The position numbers were made by a program, and so were the translations under genes. The notes under the pieces were generated by a model, which did no database searches, was not told the origin of the DNA, and saw nothing but the letters and a program-made list of their open reading frames with translations. 64,000 bases of DNA. Origin: a virus. The DNA is taken from IMG/VR virus record IMGVR_UViG_3300033412_000008. One strand, 5' to 3'. Positions 18,514 to 27,707 of the stretch are shown here, in pieces (position 1 is the first letter of the stretch; each line of letters starts with the position of its first letter).

Positions 18514-20453
18514 GCGACCGGCGGGTTATTGACTTCGATGTAGAGACGACTGGCCTACAGTGGTACGCGCATGACTTGTTTATGGCGCAGTTCTTCGATC
18601 CAGAAGACGAGGAGTGCCTCCAGTATCCGACACACTGTCCGAACTGTGACGGACTAGTCAACGAAGAAGGCTGCTGCGACGGCAGCGCGGCCGCCGAGGT
18701 GGGTGGCTGTGGCTTCGACATCGAGCCGGAACCGAAAGCTGTTATTTTCCGACACCCCGAGGATAAAGAGGAAATTCAACGTTGGTTGGATAAGGATGCG
18801 TACTTCCGGGCACACAACGCGAAGTTTGACAACCATCATTTGGAGTCGGTCGGATACAAACTACCCCCGCGGGATCGCTGGGAAGATTCCATGCTCGTCG
18901 CCCACGTCCTTGACGAGCGGCGCAGTGTCGCGCTCCAGGCAGTCGGCGACAAGATGTTCGGTACGGAGCCGTGGCCGGAGGGCGCGGGCGTCGAGCTGGA
19001 GAAAGCCGTCAAGGTGTGGGTTAGCAACGAGAACAAGAAACGCCGGAAACACAGTAAGGACACCGGCGAGAAGTTCGTCATCGCCAACTACTCCGACGTG
19101 CCTGACGAGGACATGGAGGTCTACGCCGCACACGACGTGGAACTCCAGCGCCGCATCTGCGACGCCATCGTGCCGCAGTTGGAGGCCAACCCAGACCTCG
19201 TCGGCGTGTACGAGCTGGAGCGGAAAGTGCTATCGGCTCTCTACGACGTGGAGTCGCTTGGGATGGGTATCGACGAGGCCGGGGCGAAAGCGCTGGAGGT
19301 CGAACTCGAAAATGAACTGACCAAAATCCGGCTCGACTTGTTCGAGCTGACCGGCAACGACGAATTCAACCCGAACTCTCCAATCCAACTCGAAGCTGCC
19401 TTTCATGCGCGCGGCGTAGACCTCAGCCACATTGAGAAGTCAGGGAAGACTGGCCGCCGGTCGATGGCGGCCGACGTGCTGGAGGGCCTGGACGACGACC
19501 TCGCCCGCAAGATTGATGACTTCCGCGGCGCCGACAAGATGATGTCTACCTACGTCTGGCCGCTGCTGCACGACCAGCCCGACACCGACAAGGGCTACGT
19601 CTACGCAAGCCTCCACACCGATGGACGCCTCCACACGGACCTCCGCCAGGTCGGCGCGCGCACCGGGCGGATGTCGTCCAGCCCGAACGTGCAGAACTGG
19701 CCGCGCGACGACCTTCGGATGCGCCATCTGGTCGTCGCCGACGAAGGCAAGAAGCTCGTCGCCGTTGACCTCGACAGCATCGAGCTTCTGCTGTTCGCGG
19801 CCTTCCTCGGCCGGGACTCCATCATCCTCAACATGATGAAAGACCCTGATGCCGACATGCACACCCACACGGCCAACATGATCGGCCTCAAACCGCGCGA
19901 CCGCGGGTTGGGCGTGGTGGAATCGCCGCGGCAGCGGGGCAAGAAGTTCAACTACGAACGCATCTACGGCGGCGGCATCAAAGCCATCAAGAAATGGCAC
20001 GGTGTGGATACGCCGACAGCCAGGAAATGGCTGAACCGTTACTACGAGGCGTACCCGGAAGTCGAAGAATTCCAAGACATGATCGAGTTGCGCCTCGAAG
20101 AACGTGGGTTCGTGAAAACTCCCTGGGGGCGGCGTCACCGCGCGTACAATCCACAGTTCGCGGAGCGCGAGGCGTACAAGTTCGTCAACTACCTCGTCCA
20201 GGGTTCGGCGGCCGACCTGTTCAAGGAAGCGGTCGTGCGGACTCACGAGGCGGGCATCCCGATGATCGCCCTGACACACGACGAGATTCTGGCGGAAGTA
20301 GACGCGGCCGACGCGGAGGACGCGAAGCGCGAAATCCAGAGCTTCATGTGCGACTTTCCCAAGATCAACAAGCTGATTCAGGTCACGGCTGAGGGCGACG
20401 TGGTTGACCGCTGGTCCCAGGCGAAAGACCCCGACTTCGATCCGGGGTGGTGA
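18498..20453 (+). CDS. polA: DNA polymerase family A with 3'-5' exonuclease domain
   Basis: DVETTG, HNAKFD, RTGRMSSSPNVQN, DLDSIE, RGKKFNYERIYG, THDE. Confidence 0.95.
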   Translation: MAEQLSDRRVIDFDVETTGLQWYAHDLFMAQFFDPEDEECLQYPTHCPNCDGLVNEEGCCDGSAAAEVGGCGFDIEPEPKAVIFRHPEDKEEIQRWLDKDAYFRAHNAKFDNHHLESVGYKLPPRDRWEDSMLVAHVLDERRSVALQAVGDKMFGTEPWPEGAGVELEKAVKVWVSNENKKRRKHSKDTGEKFVIANYSDVPDEDMEVYAAHDVELQRRICDAIVPQLEANPDLVGVYELERKVLSALYDVESLGMGIDEAGAKALEVELENELTKIRLDLFELTGNDEFNPNSPIQLEAAFHARGVDLSHIEKSGKTGRRSMAADVLEGLDDDLARKIDDFRGADKMMSTYVWPLLHDQPDTDKGYVYASLHTDGRLHTDLRQVGARTGRMSSSPNVQNWPRDDLRMRHLVVADEGKKLVAVDLDSIELLLFAAFLGRDSIILNMMKDPDADMHTHTANMIGLKPRDRGLGVVESPRQRGKKFNYERIYGGGIKAIKKWHGVDTPTARKWLNRYYEAYPEVEEFQDMIELRLEERGFVKTPWGRRHRAYNPQFAEREAYKFVNYLVQGSAADLFKEAVVRTHEAGIPMIALTHDEILAEVDAADAEDAKREIQSFMCDFPKINKLIQVTAEGDVVDRWSQAKDPDFDPGW

Positions 20454-20454
20454 C

Positions 20455-20658
20455 GTGGCGCGTAAGCTAGGCCGTGGCTACAAGGAGCTGATTAAGGCGG
20501 CCGAAGCCGACGGTTGGACGCTGGAGCAGACGAAGAAGGGCTATCGGATGAAGCATCCCAACGGCAAAGACACAGTTGGCTTCCACGGCACGCCATCTGA
20601 CAACCGCGCCCTCAAGAACGCACGCGGCGACTTCCGTAGGGCAGGTTTGGACGTATGA
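20455..20658 (+). CDS. hicA: HicA-like toxin-family protein
   Basis: KELIKAAEADGW..MKHPNG..VGFHGTPSD matches the HicA pattern. Confidence 0.7.
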   Translation: MARKLGRGYKELIKAAEADGWTLEQTKKGYRMKHPNGKDTVGFHGTPSDNRALKNARGDFRRAGLDV

Positions 20659-20883
20659 GTCTGACCGACAACCCGGCTGCCGTGAAGGCAGCTATTGAGG
20701 CGTTTCGTGCGGGGGTCACGCGGTATACGATGATGGACCTCCGGCAAGGGTCCGGGCAAAGGTAACTACGACCGCATCGAGAAACTGCGCATCGAAGACG
20801 CCATTCGAGCGGCCGAGGACGTGGGGGTTGACGAGCAGGATACGATGGTTCTGGAAGACATCAGCGAAGACGAAGGAGAGTAA
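20655..20883 (+). pseudogene. Possibly frameshifted small gene
   Basis: A 36-codon ORF (20655-20765); a startless +1 frame continues WTSGKGPGKGNYDRIEKLRIEDAIRAAE to 20883. Confidence 0.3.
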
Positions 20884-21093
20884 ATGCGGCAAATAATGAA
20901 TGAATCGCTTGAGCCAGCGCAGCAGGCTAGTGTCTGTGAGCACGCTGCCCTTTGTCTTCTTGACGATTCTGATCTATCTCCTGATGAGATTGCGCAGGCG
21001 CAAGCCTATGCGACCATAGCGCAGTCTCTTCGTTTGCGCGGCTGTGAAGAATGGCTTGCTTCAATCCGCGACGATGGAGTCGGCGTTGGATAG
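20884..21093 (+). CDS. Hypothetical protein
   Basis: AAGGAG RBS. Confidence 0.45.
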   Translation: MRQIMNESLEPAQQASVCEHAALCLLDDSDLSPDEIAQAQAYATIAQSLRLRGCEEWLASIRDDGVGVG

Positions 21094-21589
21094 GTACGAA
21101 GCACTCAAGCACGCAATCAAGGCACACGGCAATGCGCTCGATAAGTGCGGCCAGCTCTACGTGCTGCATCCAATAGCAGTTGCCGAAGCCGTTGAACGAA
21201 ATTGGCATTTGGTAGCAGGCGCGGATCTCTACGGCGCTCTCCCTGACCGTACAAGTATCGAGACCGCCATTATCATTGCGCTTCTTCATGATGTCTGGGA
21301 GGACACTGACTACGATATTCCAACAGGGACGCTAACTAACGCGCAGTACACCATCTTCCAAGCCGTCACGCGGTTGCCGGATGAATCTTACCGGCAATAT
21401 ATCGAGGGTATTTGCAATTGCGAGCATTCAATTGCCATCATCGTTAAGCTCGCAGACCTCTGGCATAATCTTCAGCCAGAGCGGCAGGATTGTCTTCCGA
21501 TATTCGAAGCTATTAGTCTGCGCGACCGCTACCTGACTTCGCGGGATATGCTCTGGGAGGCGCTGGGACAGAAATGGTGGCCTGCATGA
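21074..21589 (+). CDS. Small HD hydrolase of RelA/SpoT (p)ppGpp-hydrolase (Mesh1-like) type
   Basis: AIKAHG..YVLHPIAVA, ALLHDVWEDT, VKLADLWHNL. Confidence 0.7.
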   Translation: MESALDRYEALKHAIKAHGNALDKCGQLYVLHPIAVAEAVERNWHLVAGADLYGALPDRTSIETAIIIALLHDVWEDTDYDIPTGTLTNAQYTIFQAVTRLPDESYRQYIEGICNCEHSIAIIVKLADLWHNLQPERQDCLPIFEAISLRDRYLTSRDMLWEALGQKWWPA

Positions 21590-21915
21590 GTACTATTGTT
21601 ATTCACAAGCGCAATCAGCAGCCCGGTGACGTATACATTGGGCGGCCGTCGAAGTGGGGCAACCCATTCGTCATCGGTCCAGATGGCGACCGCGATGAAG
21701 TCATTAGTAAGTACCGCTACTGGATAGAGGATCGACCGGAGCTGCTGGCCGCCCTCTCTGAGCTGAAGGGCAAGCGGCTCGTCTGCTACTGCGCCCCAAA
21801 GCCCTGTCACGGCGATGTGCTCGCGGAGTTGGCGGACGAAGTTGATCCCGAGTTCTCCAAGCGGATGCGGGAGTTGGAAGACGAAGCATTTCTAAACGGA
21901 ACAGGAGGAACATGA
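21586..21915 (+). CDS. DUF4326-type protein
   Basis: DVYIGRPSKWGNPF..LKGKRLVCYCAPKPCHGDVL. Confidence 0.8.
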   Translation: MSTIVIHKRNQQPGDVYIGRPSKWGNPFVIGPDGDRDEVISKYRYWIEDRPELLAALSELKGKRLVCYCAPKPCHGDVLAELADEVDPEFSKRMRELEDEAFLNGTGGT

Positions 21916-22406
21916 TGTACTGGCTTTGCGTAGACCCTGGCGAGACAACAGGCTGGTCGATCTGGAAGGACGGCGACCTGATCCTTGCCGACCAGACTCC
22001 GATGTGGGAGTTCATCGACATGGTCGATGCAACGCTCCTCGGCCCATCTTCAGAGGTCACAGCGCGGCCGGGGTGTGGGCACAAGGGCATCTTCACACCA
22101 GACGGTGAGCTGGTTGAGCTAAACGCGATGATCGTCGAGGACTGGCTGCTCTACCCGTGGGTCATTCGCGACGGCGGCCTCGACTTCGACAAATGCCGGA
22201 CGGCGCGCGCCATCGGCGCCCTAACGCTGCTTTGTCGCCAGCATGGCGTCAAACTCGTCTTCCAGGGCGCCGATATCAAGAAGGGCGCCCAGGCGGCTGG
22301 GGCGGAAAACTTGTATCTAGAACCAGTACATGAGAATCGTCACGCCAACGACTCCATTCAGCACGGCTGCTATTATTTGGCGAGGAATGGAAGCCCGCCA
22401 ACGTGA
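21912..22406 (+). CDS. RuvC-like Holliday junction resolvase
   Basis: VDPGETTGWS, IVED, RHANDSIQH. Confidence 0.7.
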   Translation: MMYWLCVDPGETTGWSIWKDGDLILADQTPMWEFIDMVDATLLGPSSEVTARPGCGHKGIFTPDGELVELNAMIVEDWLLYPWVIRDGGLDFDKCRTARAIGALTLLCRQHGVKLVFQGADIKKGAQAAGAENLYLEPVHENRHANDSIQHGCYYLARNGSPPT

Positions 22407-22809
22407 ATCTCCATATCGTAATGCTAGGTGTTCAGTCGATGGCTGTACACGAACGGCTTCACGTAAGTGGCTATGCAGCATGCACTATCAACGCAAGCGG
22501 AAGCGTGGGAGCGTAAATCCGTTGCCGCATAAGGCACCAAATGGAGCGGGACATACGCGCGCTGATGGATATCGTTACCGGCATATAAATGGTCGGTATC
22601 GGCTTGAGCACCGCGTGATTATGGCAGAGCATATTGGGCGTGATCTTTTGCCTACGGAGCGCGTGCATCATATCAACGGCGCTCGAAACGATAATCGCGT
22701 TGAGAATCTTGAGCTATGGTCAACTGACCATCCAAATGGCGGCCGCGTAGTTGATCTTGTCGCCTGGGCGCGGCGGGTTCTGGCGCAATACGGTGATGAG
22801 CATGCTTGA
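22387..22809 (+). CDS. HNH homing endonuclease
   Basis: CSVDGC, LEHRVIM, VHHINGARNDNRVENLELW. Confidence 0.85.
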   Translation: MEARQRESPYRNARCSVDGCTRTASRKWLCSMHYQRKRKRGSVNPLPHKAPNGAGHTRADGYRYRHINGRYRLEHRVIMAEHIGRDLLPTERVHHINGARNDNRVENLELWSTDHPNGGRVVDLVAWARRVLAQYGDEHA

Positions 22810-22948
22810 GGGAGAGACGTTTGTGCCCATCCAGACGCCCACGGGACGCAACTATGGCGAGATAGTCGCCCGGCTGGAAGAAATTGAAGCGGAGGAAGAA
22901 GAACTAAGCAAGGAAGCAATAAAACTAATGAATGAGGCTGAATCGTGA
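22802..22948 (+). CDS. Hypothetical protein
   Basis: Short coupled ORF. Confidence 0.4.
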   Translation: MLEGETFVPIQTPTGRNYGEIVARLEEIEAEEEELSKEAIKLMNEAES

Positions 22949-24183
22949 CAGATGACGGCGCCGTTAAAGCGCGTGCGGCAGCGAATGGATTGAACGCTCA
23001 GAGCCTTGCTTGGCAGCATGGCGGAAAGTGGGGTAGGCGCGCCGTCGCGGCGGCCGCGTTTGCGCAGTTGGCCTGGCCTACGGTGAAGGCGGCGCGGGAC
23101 TGGTACCGCGGCCGTGGTGGATCGTTCAGCCTGACGATTCAGGGCGAAGACCCGATCTACGCCGACACCCATGCCTGGGTACTGGAGCAGATGGAGGACA
23201 TCGACCGGCGCTCCATGCAGGCCAACACCGAAATCACTTACGACGAGGACGACAACGAGATTCCCAGCATCCAGCTCGCCTTCGACGGCAGCGTGCAGCA
23301 GCAAATCACCATCGGCGGACATCCGGTCGTCGTGAAGGTGAATCGCGAACAGTTGCCTGATCGCATCAGCCTCTCGTCATCGAGCAACTGGCGCCTCAGC
23401 ATGGAGAAGATTTCGTTCACGGCGGAGACGCTGGAGGGCAGGGCGGCCGTGGTCGCGGCGCTGGAAGCCCTGGCCGCCGAGAAGTACAAGAGCGACGAGC
23501 CTCCGGCGCTGATGATGCCTTCGCGTTGGGGCAGCGGATGGTTGAAACGTGGTGATTTGCCCACTCGCGACCTGGACTCCGTCGTGCTGAAGGCAGGGCA
23601 GTTGGAGGGGCTGCGCGCGGACCTGGCGAACTTCCTCAATTCCGAGGCGCGCTACAACAGGATGTCGCAGCCCTGGCACCGCGGCTACCTGTTCTACGGG
23701 CCGCCGGGGACCGGGAAGACCTCTGTCGCGCGGGCGCTCGCCACCGAGTTTGACTTGCCGACGTACTACTTGCCCCTGGGCGACATCGCCAAAGACTCTG
23801 ACCTCATGCAGCTCGTGGGCAACATCAAACCGCGCTCCGTGCTGCTGCTAGAGGACGTGGACGGCTTCCATGCGGCCACCGACCGCAGTGACGAGAAGGA
23901 CCACGCCTCCGTTGCCACGATGCTGAACGCCCTCGACGGCGTCTGGACTCCGCACGGCCTTATCACGATGATGACTACGAACAACCGCGAGGCGCTTGAC
24001 CCAGCGCTCGTGCGCGCTGGGCGTATCGACGTTGACGAAGAACTGAGCGTGCTCGACGAGGAGCAGGCAGTGCGGCTCGCGGAGCGCCTGCTCCCCGGCG
24101 GCTTGACAGATGCCGTAACCTTTGCAGGTAGGGCGCCTTCTGAGCTGATCGAGCACATCCGCAACAATACGCAAGGAGGATGA
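22945..24183 (+). CDS. BCS1-like AAA+ ATPase
   Basis: PWHRGYLFYGPPGTGKTS, LLLEDVD, LNALDG, DPALVRAGRID. Confidence 0.85.
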   Translation: MTDDGAVKARAAANGLNAQSLAWQHGGKWGRRAVAAAAFAQLAWPTVKAARDWYRGRGGSFSLTIQGEDPIYADTHAWVLEQMEDIDRRSMQANTEITYDEDDNEIPSIQLAFDGSVQQQITIGGHPVVVKVNREQLPDRISLSSSSNWRLSMEKISFTAETLEGRAAVVAALEALAAEKYKSDEPPALMMPSRWGSGWLKRGDLPTRDLDSVVLKAGQLEGLRADLANFLNSEARYNRMSQPWHRGYLFYGPPGTGKTSVARALATEFDLPTYYLPLGDIAKDSDLMQLVGNIKPRSVLLLEDVDGFHAATDRSDEKDHASVATMLNALDGVWTPHGLITMMTTNNREALDPALVRAGRIDVDEELSVLDEEQAVRLAERLLPGGLTDAVTFAGRAPSELIEHIRNNTQGG

Positions 24184-24282
24184 CATGAAAACAGCCCGCC
24201 AAATATTCTTGAGCCTGCTCGCCATCGCGGCCGCCGAAGCCGCTGTCCGGGCCGTGGAACGCCGCGTGCGTCGGAAGGACTA

Positions 24283-24495
24283 ATGGAACAGCGTTCGCTA
24301 GAGGTCAACGGTGTGATGATGAGTGTGATGATGACGCGCCGGGAATGGAAGGAATTTATGGATGCATGTCCACACGAACGCTTTACACACCCCGGCGTTA
24401 CTCTCATGGACGGCAGCCCGATGTCAATCTGCGAACGCTGCAAGTTCATCCAGCACGAAGCCATCGCCAAAATGATCGAAGGAGAGAATAACTGA
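24283..24495 (+). CDS. Hypothetical protein
   Basis: TAATG coupling. Confidence 0.45.
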   Translation: MEQRSLEVNGVMMSVMMTRREWKEFMDACPHERFTHPGVTLMDGSPMSICERCKFIQHEAIAKMIEGENN

Positions 24496-24731
24496 TGCTG
24501 ACTCAAGACGACAGGCTCATTCTTATCGGCCTGACCAGCGTAGTCATCCGGCAGCGTAGGGACGTTGACTACACAGAAGGCATCATCCAGAAAGCACTAG
24601 AATCACACGGCGTAGACGCCGAAAACGCGCGGACGTGGGCAGGCGAAATAGCCTACAACGAGGGCGACGATCCCATCGCGGCCGTGGAGAGCGTTCTGGA
24701 GACGCTGGAGCTGGAGGTTGAACCAGAGTGA
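24495..24731 (+). CDS. Hypothetical protein
   Basis: TGATG coupling. Confidence 0.5.
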   Translation: MLTQDDRLILIGLTSVVIRQRRDVDYTEGIIQKALESHGVDAENARTWAGEIAYNEGDDPIAAVESVLETLELEVEPE

Positions 24732-25111
24732 TTCGCGTCAAAGTCGAAATCGTCCCACACGGCGTAGAGGCGGCCGCCGAGGTACTGGACTCCGTCCTGA
24801 TTATCAACGACGGCACGCGCGTCGCTCTTGGTGAGGATGAGGGCGGCGTTGGCAACTACGAAGTCCACGATAACGGCGACCTCGACCATCTGCACGTCGT
24901 GGACTACCCGCACATGTACGCTTGCGGCTTCATCAAAGGCGTCGAGCGTACCCCGAAGCACCGGCTGTTCCTCGCCGAGCAGGCGCTAGGGATAGTTCAA
25001 GAGGCGCGCAAGCTAGCGGAGGAAGGGAAGTTGAATGGCAAGAGCGCATTCGATAGGCCCACGCGTGACTTCGAGCGCCCAGCAGTACTTGACTCACTAA
25101 ATATCCCATAG
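24728..25111 (+). CDS. Hypothetical protein
   Basis: GTGA coupling. Confidence 0.5.
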   Translation: MIRVKVEIVPHGVEAAAEVLDSVLIINDGTRVALGEDEGGVGNYEVHDNGDLDHLHVVDYPHMYACGFIKGVERTPKHRLFLAEQALGIVQEARKLAEEGKLNGKSAFDRPTRDFERPAVLDSLNIP

Positions 25112-25147
25112 ACACAACTATTGCGGAAGCGCAATAGTTGTGTCTAT
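25108..25147. repeat. Perfect 18-bp inverted repeat with GAAG loop
   Basis: ATAGACACAACTATTGCG-GAAG-CGCAATAGTTGTGTCTAT. Confidence 0.9.
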
Positions 25148-25171
25148 CGCCAGCGTGCTACGCTAGGGACC

Positions 25172-25309
25172 ATGAGTCCCCACGACATCATTCAGAAGGG
25201 GAAGCAGCGCTGGGCTATCATCTGGTGCCCCGAGAGGCGGCCTACGCAGGAGGCCGCTCAGCGGGAGATTAGGCGCCAAAAAAGCCGCGACCAGAGCCGC
25301 CGCCCGTAA
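25172..25309 (+). CDS. Small leaderless hypothetical protein
   Basis: TGC-TACGCT 7 nt before ATG. Confidence 0.45.
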   Translation: MSPHDIIQKGKQRWAIIWCPERRPTQEAAQREIRRQKSRDQSRRP

Positions 25310-27707
25310 CGAAGTCGCCGAGGCCAGTCCAGACCTCCGGGCGGGCCATGATGGCGGCCGGGGAGTCCGCGACCGCAGGCTCGTTGCGCACCAGAATGGC
25401 CTCGCGCAGGCGCGCCTCGTCTGTGGGGTCGTCGCGTTCGATGGTGACAATCTCAACGCCCTGGCCGCCCTCGTGGACGCGCCCCCAATGCGCGAGCATC
25501 TTGGCGGCGACCATGTCGTCGTGCCCGGTGGCCGCCTCGAACTGGTAGCGCCCGTTAGCCGTCAGCGTGAACTCGTAGCTCTCGAACTCCTCGCGCATGT
25601 CGCTGAGGACGCACGCGCGGCCGTGCTCCATGTCGGCGGCCAGGAGGCGGGCCATCTGCTCCTTCGACTGGTTCGTGAATTTGACGGGCGTCACGTCCAC
25701 CCCGGCGGCCGTCAGGTTGTCGTAGACCACGTCGCCGAGGCCCGTGGAGTCGATCATCGCGGTGACGCTCTCGACGCCGGGGGCGTCTTCCAGCTCGGCG
25801 ATGGCGTAGGCGATGCGATTCTGCTGGGTCGGCCAGTCGATCTGGTTGAAGCGCTCGAAGTAGCAGGGCATTCCGTCGTCTTCGCGGTCGGCGGTGATGA
25901 CGGTGAAGTCCTCCTGCTTCGCCAGGTCGATCCCGACGAAGACGTTACCGCGCGGCTCGACAATCTCGTCGATGAGGGCGCCGGGGCGCTCCAGGCCGAG
26001 GCCGAAGATCGAGGCGCCAGCGGCCAGGAATTCGGCCATAATCTCCTGCCGGAAGATGATGGTCGGGAGTTCGTCTTCGGCAGCGTCCGTCTCCTCCTGT
26101 GGGACGAAGGGGTTGGCGGTCTGTGGGAAGCGCCATGACTCGTAGCCGGGCTTGCCTTCCTGACCGAGCTTCCACATTTTCCAGAACCAGTTGTGTCCAC
26201 GCGGCGTGCTGATGATGAACGCCTCACCGCCGGTGTCCATGAGGGTCGGCCGGATGAGCTGCTGCCAGACGTTGTCGGGAATCAGGGCTGCCTCGTCTAC
26301 GACGACGAAGTCCACACCCTCGCCAGCCAGCGAGTCGGGTGAGCCGCCCGAGTAGAACTCGATCATCGTGCCGTTCTTGAGCTGAAGAATCTTCGTGGTG
26401 CTGGTGTACGCCGGGGCAGGCTTCGCCAGCCATGACGGAGGAATCTGGTTGACGACCTCACGGTAGCCACGGGAGACGTTCTTGTAGGTGTTGTGGCTGA
26501 GTAGATATCCAGTTGTTACGTAAAGATGGTCAGTAGCCTCTACTTCTATACAAACCATGTCACATTTATCATTTGTGGGGCGAATATCAATGATTTGCCG
26601 CCGGGAAGCGCGAGGTACGGCGCTCCAGTCTACTGACTTACGAGCACAGTAAAATGGGCAAGTATCCGGCATTGATACCCTTGTACGCCATATACGACCA
26701 TCATGCATAACCGTTGCGCGGCCGCCTAGTGAGCGCGTCAAATCAGCGACGCCACGCGCAAGGCGCTCAGACTTTGATGTAAATTGAACGCCGCCAGATG
26801 CGTTACCGCCGTCAGTATCAAGTAGTCCCGCTAGGACATCGGCGCGATATTTTGCTGGCGCTTGTAGTACAACCATAGGAAGAAACTTAGATTTGGAGCG
26901 TACATCTACTAGACCAACTTCGGAAAGCTGGCGGCGTAGACGTGAAGCATTAGATATCCCGAAATTTATTGGCCCATAACATTTCCATGTGGCACCAGTG
27001 TCTTCTGCTGCATCGCGTACACGAGCAACGATGTCTGCATCTTGATTGGCAAATAGAAGCGTTTGTTTCTCACGAATACAACCATCCCCCAGCATTGCGC
27101 CTAGTAGATAGCCATCAACTTTGGGCGCCTTACCATCAGGAACAGGCGATGCATTATCAATTGAAAACCGACTACGTCCACATGGTTGTCGAAGACCGCG
27201 CTTAAGTATCTCTTTAGTTTTCAATGTACGCGCCGCATTGTGGCCCAACTGCCGCACACGCCAAAGATGATCGTCGGCGCAGCGCACAACTACACCATCC
27301 GACATTTCTACTTCCCATACCTCGCGTTCGGAATGGGCATATACACCCAAAACTTTAGTTGGCTGTCCATCACTACCAATTACAGCGTCGCCAACTTTCA
27401 ATGCTCCCATCGTGCCCCAACCATTCGGCGTGAGAACTGGCTCGTCAAGTGGTTGTGCATTAGCGATCCACCAGATCATTTGGTTCGGCCTGCGCGCCCG
27501 GCGCACAATTTCGTGGGCGGCGACCTTCGTCTTCCCCCAGCGCCGCCCAGCGGCCAGAGTGCGGAAGCGAGCCTCCGAGTTGAGGATGTTTTCCTGGCCG
27601 CCGGAGTGCGGGATCAGAAGGCGGCTGCGGAGTTCGTTGCGGGCGCGCTCTAGCGCCTCTGGGTTGTCGCGGCCTAGTGCTTCGACCCGCTGACGCTCAT
27701 TCGGCAT
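25269..27707 (-). CDS. terL: Terminase large subunit containing an intein
   Basis: AGRRWGKT, VVVDEAA, IISTPRG, GIDLA, HDDMV. Confidence 0.92.
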   Translation of the reverse strand: MPNERQRVEALGRDNPEALERARNELRSRLLIPHSGGQENILNSEARFRTLAAGRRWGKTKVAAHEIVRRARRPNQMIWWIANAQPLDEPVLTPNGWGTMGALKVGDAVIGSDGQPTKVLGVYAHSEREVWEVEMSDGVVVRCADDHLWRVRQLGHNAARTLKTKEILKRGLRQPCGRSRFSIDNASPVPDGKAPKVDGYLLGAMLGDGCIREKQTLLFANQDADIVARVRDAAEDTGATWKCYGPINFGISNASRLRRQLSEVGLVDVRSKSKFLPMVVLQAPAKYRADVLAGLLDTDGGNASGGVQFTSKSERLARGVADLTRSLGGRATVMHDGRIWRTRVSMPDTCPFYCARKSVDWSAVPRASRRQIIDIRPTNDKCDMVCIEVEATDHLYVTTGYLLSHNTYKNVSRGYREVVNQIPPSWLAKPAPAYTSTTKILQLKNGTMIEFYSGGSPDSLAGEGVDFVVVDEAALIPDNVWQQLIRPTLMDTGGEAFIISTPRGHNWFWKMWKLGQEGKPGYESWRFPQTANPFVPQEETDAAEDELPTIIFRQEIMAEFLAAGASIFGLGLERPGALIDEIVEPRGNVFVGIDLAKQEDFTVITADREDDGMPCYFERFNQIDWPTQQNRIAYAIAELEDAPGVESVTAMIDSTGLGDVVYDNLTAAGVDVTPVKFTNQSKEQMARLLAADMEHGRACVLSDMREEFESYEFTLTANGRYQFEAATGHDDMVAAKMLAHWGRVHEGGQGVEIVTIERDDPTDEARLREAILVRNEPAVADSPAAIMARPEVWTGLGDFVTGGGSGRGFFGA
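26490..27458 (-). mobile_element. Class 3-type intein with LAGLIDADG endonuclease (323 aa)
   Basis: Starts AQPLDEPVLTP, block B DDHLW, block F MVCIEV, ends SHN/T; LGAMLGDG and LAGLLDTDG motifs; low GC. Confidence 0.88.
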
